From Nitrospirota bacterium (GTDB lineage: Bacteria; Nitrospirota; UBA9217), in NCBI GenBank assembly GCA_963818475.1, contig CAWFSF010000001.1, forward strand, positions 32,001 to 96,000: a DNA stretch of 64,000 bases, given 5' to 3'. Within the stretch, counting starts at the first letter, position 1. Every line of letters starts with the position of its first letter. Positions 58,682-64,000 of this stretch are shown in pieces. Below the pieces are notes generated by a model. That model saw only the letters and a list, made by a program, of their open reading frames with translations. It did not search any database and had not been told where the DNA came from. Position numbers and translations under genes: made by a program.

Positions 58682-59011
58682 ATGAACCGATCGCTGGTTT
58701 TGGCAGTCATATTGTACGCCGCCATGACGCCGTCCCTGTCGCTGGGAGGCGTACCGGATGAAACAGCCGGCGGATCGGCCCCGGCATATGCAGCGGGGGA
58801 ATGGAAGGATGAGTTTGAGGATATCTGTTCCCGGACGCAGGATGCCATGGTGTTCAGCACCGAGGAGCTGAAAAGCCTGATCAGCCGATGTGATGCTCTC
58901 AAGCGGCAGGTGGAGAAGCTCGAGCAGCCGCATCGTAAGATAATGCTCAAAAGGCTCCAGATGTGCCGCGACATGTATTCATACGTGCTTCGTTCCAAGG
59001 AGAGCAACTAG
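58682..59011 (+). CDS. Exported helical protein with three Cys, between the cytochromes
   Basis: Signal peptide; WKDEFEDICSRTQDAM..LISRCD..KRLQMCRDMY. Confidence 0.75.
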   Translation: MNRSLVLAVILYAAMTPSLSLGGVPDETAGGSAPAYAAGEWKDEFEDICSRTQDAMVFSTEELKSLISRCDALKRQVEKLEQPHRKIMLKRLQMCRDMYSYVLRSKESN

Positions 59012-59014
59012 CCG

Positions 59015-59806
59015 ATGCAGCCGAGAGCATGGACAGGAATATTTTTTTGTACCTTCGCTTTTACCCTTACGGCCAGCGCGTGGAACATGCCTGTTCCTCA
59101 GAAGTATGGCAGCGTTGTTATTCGGAACTTTTCCGGAAAAGCGGGTCTCAAACCGGTCAGATTCGAGCACTGGCTCCACCGGTCGCTCTACACCTGCAGG
59201 CTCTGCCATGTAGACATCGGTTTTGCCATGCAGGCCAATGCCACTGAGATCAGCGCGGAAACAAACCAGAAAGGCTTTTATTGCGGCGCCTGCCACAACG
59301 GCACGAGAACGTTCTCCGGAAGGACGATCTTTTCGTCCTGTTCTCTGTCTCCATCGTCGTCAGCAGTCGATACCTGCGACCGGTGCCACTCCGCGGGGAT
59401 GATGAGTACAAAACGCTATGACTATGAAGTCTTTGCGACACGTCTTCCCAAGCGGTTAGGATATCTCATTGACTGGGAAGCGGCCGAAGCCCGGGGGCTC
59501 ATTCGGCCTGTTGATATCCTGGACGGCATTTCCATGCAGCGTACGCCGTTGAGCGCCCAAAAAGACTTTTCCATTACGTCGAAAAGCACCTGGATGCCTG
59601 ACATCATCTTCTCACATAGAAAACACGCTCTCTGGAATGGCTGCGAGGTCTGCCATCCTGAAATATTTCCGAGCACAAAAAAAGGCACGGTAAAATATTC
59701 CATGCTCCAGATCTCCGACGGCCAGTACTGCGGCCTTTGCCACGGCCGAGTTGCGTTTCCGTTGAACGACTGCCAGCAGTGCCACATCGATCCGGTCCGG
59801 CAATAG
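59015..59806 (+). CDS. Second periplasmic hexaheme c7-type cytochrome, paralog of 57838-58641
   Basis: CRLCH, CGACH, CDRCH, CEVCH, CGLCH, CQQCH. Confidence 0.92.
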   Translation: MQPRAWTGIFFCTFAFTLTASAWNMPVPQKYGSVVIRNFSGKAGLKPVRFEHWLHRSLYTCRLCHVDIGFAMQANATEISAETNQKGFYCGACHNGTRTFSGRTIFSSCSLSPSSSAVDTCDRCHSAGMMSTKRYDYEVFATRLPKRLGYLIDWEAAEARGLIRPVDILDGISMQRTPLSAQKDFSITSKSTWMPDIIFSHRKHALWNGCEVCHPEIFPSTKKGTVKYSMLQISDGQYCGLCHGRVAFPLNDCQQCHIDPVRQ

Positions 59807-60036
59807 CACCGTCCGCCACTCAATAGTTCTTCGTATCTTTTATGGCCATCCGTGCCATATTTGAGCAGCACGATCGCATAAAGAAGCCGTATCCTCAGCC
59901 TGCCGCTGGGTAGGGAATCTATTTCTGGAAATTTCATAGCAGGATAAGGTGGCCGGATCGGCCGGGTTACTAAGGAGTGAAGAAGGCAGACGATCTCAAG
60001 AAGTAACTGACGCATGGACCAATGATGAGGGAAGTT

Positions 60037-60847
60037 TTACTGCTGCACCAGATATCCGTACTCTCCCGGCCGCCGCTGCCGTAGGAATCCCCAGGTCTCC
60101 GCTGCTGCAGCGCGCTCTTTCGAGGTCAATATCGGCAAGCACGATAGCCTCCTTGCTGCCGGCCAGTTCAGAGATCATTTCCCCCCAGGGGTCGATGCAA
60201 AAGCTTCTTCCGTAGAAACTGAGCTTGCCGTCCTGTCCCACGCGGTTCACCCGGAAAACAAAGAGGTTGTTCGCGAAGGCATTCGCCGCGATCGCCCGCT
60301 CCCAGAGCGTATGGGTGTTCAGCGCAGCCGCTGTGGGCGCGAACACGATCTCGGCGCCTTTGAGCGCCAGGATGCGGCTGCCTTCGGGAAAGAGGTTGTC
60401 CCAGCACATCTGAATGCCGATCCTGCCCTGCGATGTCTCAAATACGGGAAAACCGGCATCGCCGGAAGAGAAATAGAATTGTTCGTGATAGAGCGGCAGG
60501 TTCAGAACATGGACCTTGCGATAGACGCCGAGAAGCGTGCCCTGGTCGAAGACAGCCGTGCTGTTGTAATATTTGCCTTCAGCAGCTTCGAAAAAAGGGA
60601 CCACCAGCACCGCATTGGCCTTCTTTGAGGCCTCGGCAAAAGGAGCGAGCGTTCCTGACGAAGCAGCCTGGGCAAGAGAGAACGATTCCTTATCCTCCTG
60701 CCCGGGGAACCAGGGGAGAAGGAACAGTTCGGGAAAGGCGATGATCGCAGCGCCCTTCTCAGCCGCCACCTCGATCATGTCCACAGCACGCTGGACGTTT
60801 TTTTGCACATCGACGCCCGCATTCATCTGTATCCCGGCTATTCTCAT
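60037..60847 (-). CDS. Carbon-nitrogen hydrolase (nitrilase/amidase) family, indel near the 3' end
   Basis: FPELF, YRKVH, QMCWD triad, NRVG, FYGRS, WGFLRQRRPGEY*. Confidence 0.9.
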
Positions 60848-60852
60848 AGTTT

Positions 60853-60964
60853 AACGGTGAATGGGTGAATGGGTGAAGCGGTGAGTTGTCTTCGTGCTTT
60901 CCGCTCTATGCATGCCAATTCCCCAATTCCCCCATTCACCTATTCACCGATTTACCGATTTACC
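60853..60964. repeat. Octamer-period inverted repeat (ATGGGTGA / ATTCACCG)
   Basis: aacggtga atgggtga atgggtga agcggtga ... attcccca attccccc attcacct attcaccg atttaccg. Confidence 0.85.
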
Positions 60965-60968
60965 TGCA

Positions 60969-63603
60969 CTACTTCCCGTGGCACTTCTTGTATTTCTTTC
61001 CGCTACCGCAGGGGCAGGGATCGTTGCGCCCCGTCTTCTTCTCGCTATGGACCGGCGCGGGCGCCGCGGCGGCCGCATCGCCGGCGCCGATGAAGTTGAG
61101 CTGCGCCAGCTGGCGCTTCTGCCTGCGCTCGATCTCTTCTTCCTGGCCTTTGGCGGCGCGGACGCGGAAAAGGTTCTCCACGGTCGTTTCGACGATGCGC
61201 AGCTTCATCTCCTCGAACATGTCGAAGCCTTCTTTTTTATACTCGATAAGCGGGTCTTTCTGGCCGTAGCCCCGGAGCCCGATGCCTTCCTTCAGGTGGT
61301 CCATGGCAAGCAGGTGGTCCTTCCACTGCTGGTCCACGGCCTGGAGCATGAACACCTTTTCGAGGTGCTGCATGAGTTCGCGGCCGACCTCCTGCTCCTT
61401 GTCCTCATAGCTCTTCTTCAGCGCGTCCCAGAGCTTGTCGCGGAACTCTTCCCGGGACAGCGTGTGAGGATCGGTGTCGGTCAGGCGATAGGAGAACTTG
61501 GCCGCCAGCGCGTCCCTGAGCCCGGTGATGTCCCAGGTCTCGGCATAGGCGTCCTCGGGGCAGTAAAATCCGATCACGCCATCGAAGAGGTCTTCGGCGA
61601 GGTTCAGCACCTCGTCCTTGAGGTCCGTCCCGGCCAGGATCTGGCGGCGCTGTTCATAGATCACCTTGCGCTGCTGGTTCATCACATCGTCATACTCGAG
61701 GATGTGCTTGCGCATGTCGAAGTTGTGGTCCTCGACCTTCTTCTGGGCGTTCTCGATGGCCCGCGACACCATGCGGTGCTCGATCGGCACATCCTCCTCC
61801 ATGCCGAGCTTGTTCATGAGCCCGGCAATGCGGTCGGACCCGAAGATCCTGAGCAGGTCGTCCTGGAGCGAGAGATAGAACCGGGACGAACCGGGGTCGC
61901 CCTGGCGTCCTGAACGCCCGCGCAGCTGGTTGTCGATCCGGCGGGATTCATGCCGCTCCGTGCCGAGAATATGCAGGCCTCCTGCAGCCAGCACCTTCTC
62001 CCGCTCGACAGCGCATTGCTCCTTGAACTGGGCGAGCGTCTTGTCCCATTCTTCCGGCGTGTACTCCTTCGCCTTCAGCGCCTGCCGTGTAAGGCCTTCG
62101 GCGTTTCCTCCCAGAACGATGTCGGTGCCGCGGCCCGCCATGTTGGTGGCGATCGTGACCTGACCGTACCGTCCTGCCTGGGCAACGATCTCGGCCTCCA
62201 TCTCGTGGTACTTGGCGTTCAGCACCGAGTGCTTGACGCCCTTCTTTTTGAGCAGCGTCGACAGGGTTTCTGACTTGACGATCGAAATGGTCCCGACGAG
62301 CACGGGCTGGCCGCTTTTGTTCCGCTCGGCGATCTCGTTGATCGCCGCCATGAACTTGCCTTCCTCGGTCTTGTAGATGAAATCGGGATTGTCGCCGCGG
62401 ATCATGGTGCGGTGCGTCGGGATGACCATGACATCGAGGTTGTAGATCTTCGAGAACTCCGCCGCCTCGGTCTCGGCCGTACCGGTCATGCCGCCAAGCT
62501 TGTTGTACAGCCGGAAGAAGTTCTGGAACGTGATCGAGGCAAGGGTCTGGTTCTCGTTCTCGATCTTGACGTCTTCCTTCGCCTCAATGGCCTGGTGCAG
62601 CCCGTCGCTCCAGCGCCGTCCCGGCATGAGCCTGCCCGTGAACTCGTCCACGATCATCACCTGGTCTTCCTTGACCACGTAATCCACGTCGCGATGGAAC
62701 AGCGTATGGGCCTTCAGGGCCTGATGCACGTGATGGACCAGGTCGACGTTCGCCGGATCGTAGAGGTTGCCGGCGCCGATCAGCTTCTCGACCTTGACGT
62801 TGCCTTCTTCGGTCAGGGCCACGGTCTTGGTCTTTTCCTCAATGGTGTAGTCGGTTTCCTTTTTCAGGCTGGGAATGATGCGGTTGATCTTGTAGTACTT
62901 GTCCGTGGAGTCTTCGGTGGGCCCGGAAATGATGAGCGGCGTCCGGGCCTCGTCGATCAGGATCGAATCGACCTCGTCGACGATGGCGAAGTTCAGTTCG
63001 CGCTGGGCATAGTCCCTCAGGTCGAACTTCATGTTGTCCCGAAGGTAATCGAAGCCGAACTCGTTGTTCGTGCCGTAGGTCACGTCAGCTCCGTAGGCTA
63101 CCTGACGCTGCTCGTCCGTGAGACCGTGAACGATGACGCCCACGGTCAGGCCCAGGAAGGTATAGACCGGCGACATCCATTGCGAGTCGCGCTTGGCGAG
63201 GTAGTCGTTCACGGTCACGACATGCACGCCCTTTCCCGTGAGCGCGTTCAGGTACACCGGCAGCGTGGCAACGAGGGTCTTGCCTTCACCGGTCTTCATC
63301 TCCGAGATCTTCCCCTGGTGGAGCACGATGCCGCCGATGAGCTGCACATCGAAATGCCGCATGCCGAGCGTCCGCTTCGAGGCCTCACGCACGACGGCAA
63401 AGGCCTCGGTCAAAAGATCGTCGAGCGATGCTCCCGCCTCAAGCCGTTTTTTGAACTCGTCGGTCTTTGCCCGAAGCTCCTGGTCCGTCAGAGCTGGAAA
63501 TGGCAGGCTCATAGGCATTGATCGCATCGACCAGGACCTGAAGGCGCTTCAGTTCCCGTTCGTTCTTGGTTCCCATTATTTTTTTCAGAATTGATCCGAT
63601 CAT
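60969..63603 (-). CDS. secA: Preprotein translocase ATPase SecA (indels near start)
   Basis: [20 protein letters not shown]; [57 protein letters not shown]. Confidence 0.98.
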
Positions 63604-63746
63604 CGACACCACTCTCCGATCCTACAGTAAAAATTGCATTGCACGGGATGGCCAAAGCGCTGATCTGTTGGCCAACCGCAAACACGCCGGTTATAGTATC
63701 ATTTTTATCGTCATAAATTCAAGAGAATTAATAAACCTAAAAAAAG

Positions 63747-63910
63747 CATTTGGACACGGATAAACACGGATAAGAGCCGGATACTGCGAATTATTTATTC
63801 TATATGTGGTTCACCCAATAGATGAACGCTTTGCTTTAGAATTTATCCGTGTCGCTTAGAAGCGCCTACTTCTGGTAATCAGATGTTTCCGATTCTTCCG
63901 TGTCCAAATG
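63747..63910. repeat. Empty ACACGGAT-type inverted-repeat element upstream of secA
   Basis: catttggacacggataaacacggataagagccggat ... tccgtgtccaaatg (14-bp perfect terminal IR). Confidence 0.85.
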
Positions 63911-64000
63911 AAGTTTTTAGGATAAAGGAAGGCAGCACAAGTGACCATCCGGACAGAGCAGGACGTGAGGAGATACGGCATATTAGGGATGCAACAAAAA

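Overview
Bacterial chromosomal window, GC-rich with an AT-richer accessory block at about 36.6-44.9 kb. The 16S sequence and gene content suggest Nitrospirota or a similar anaerobic diderm lineage; this is an inference, no database was searched. Many genes, including essential ones (gap, pgk, secA, ribF), are broken by single-base indels, most likely long-read consensus errors. Contents in order: a minus-strand operon (rhodanese, TolC, MFP, RND, enoyl-CoA hydratase, CBS, DUF2892, FmdB) with a sigma54-like promoter; TPR and HD-GYP genes; alkD; a dienelactone hydrolase; smpB; a full rRNA operon (16S-Ile-Ala-23S-5S, minus strand) preceded by a duplicated leader plus a 16S 5' stub; tyrS; cbiX; a PAS/GAF kinase with a NarL-type regulator; ribF; DUF1015-gap-pgk-tpiA-secG; ABC transporters; an island with TMTC-like glycosyltransferase/TPR genes, a secreted DUF1566 protein and mobile-element debris; hemE-hemH-(GxxExxY)-hemY; galT-glgA with a two-component pair; rlmD; two hexaheme c7-type cytochromes; a C-N hydrolase; secA. 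The most notable signal is a family of short-period inverted-repeat elements at gene junctions. One copy encloses a GxxExxY (PD-(D/E)XK-like) gene and supplies its RBS, while several sister copies are empty.
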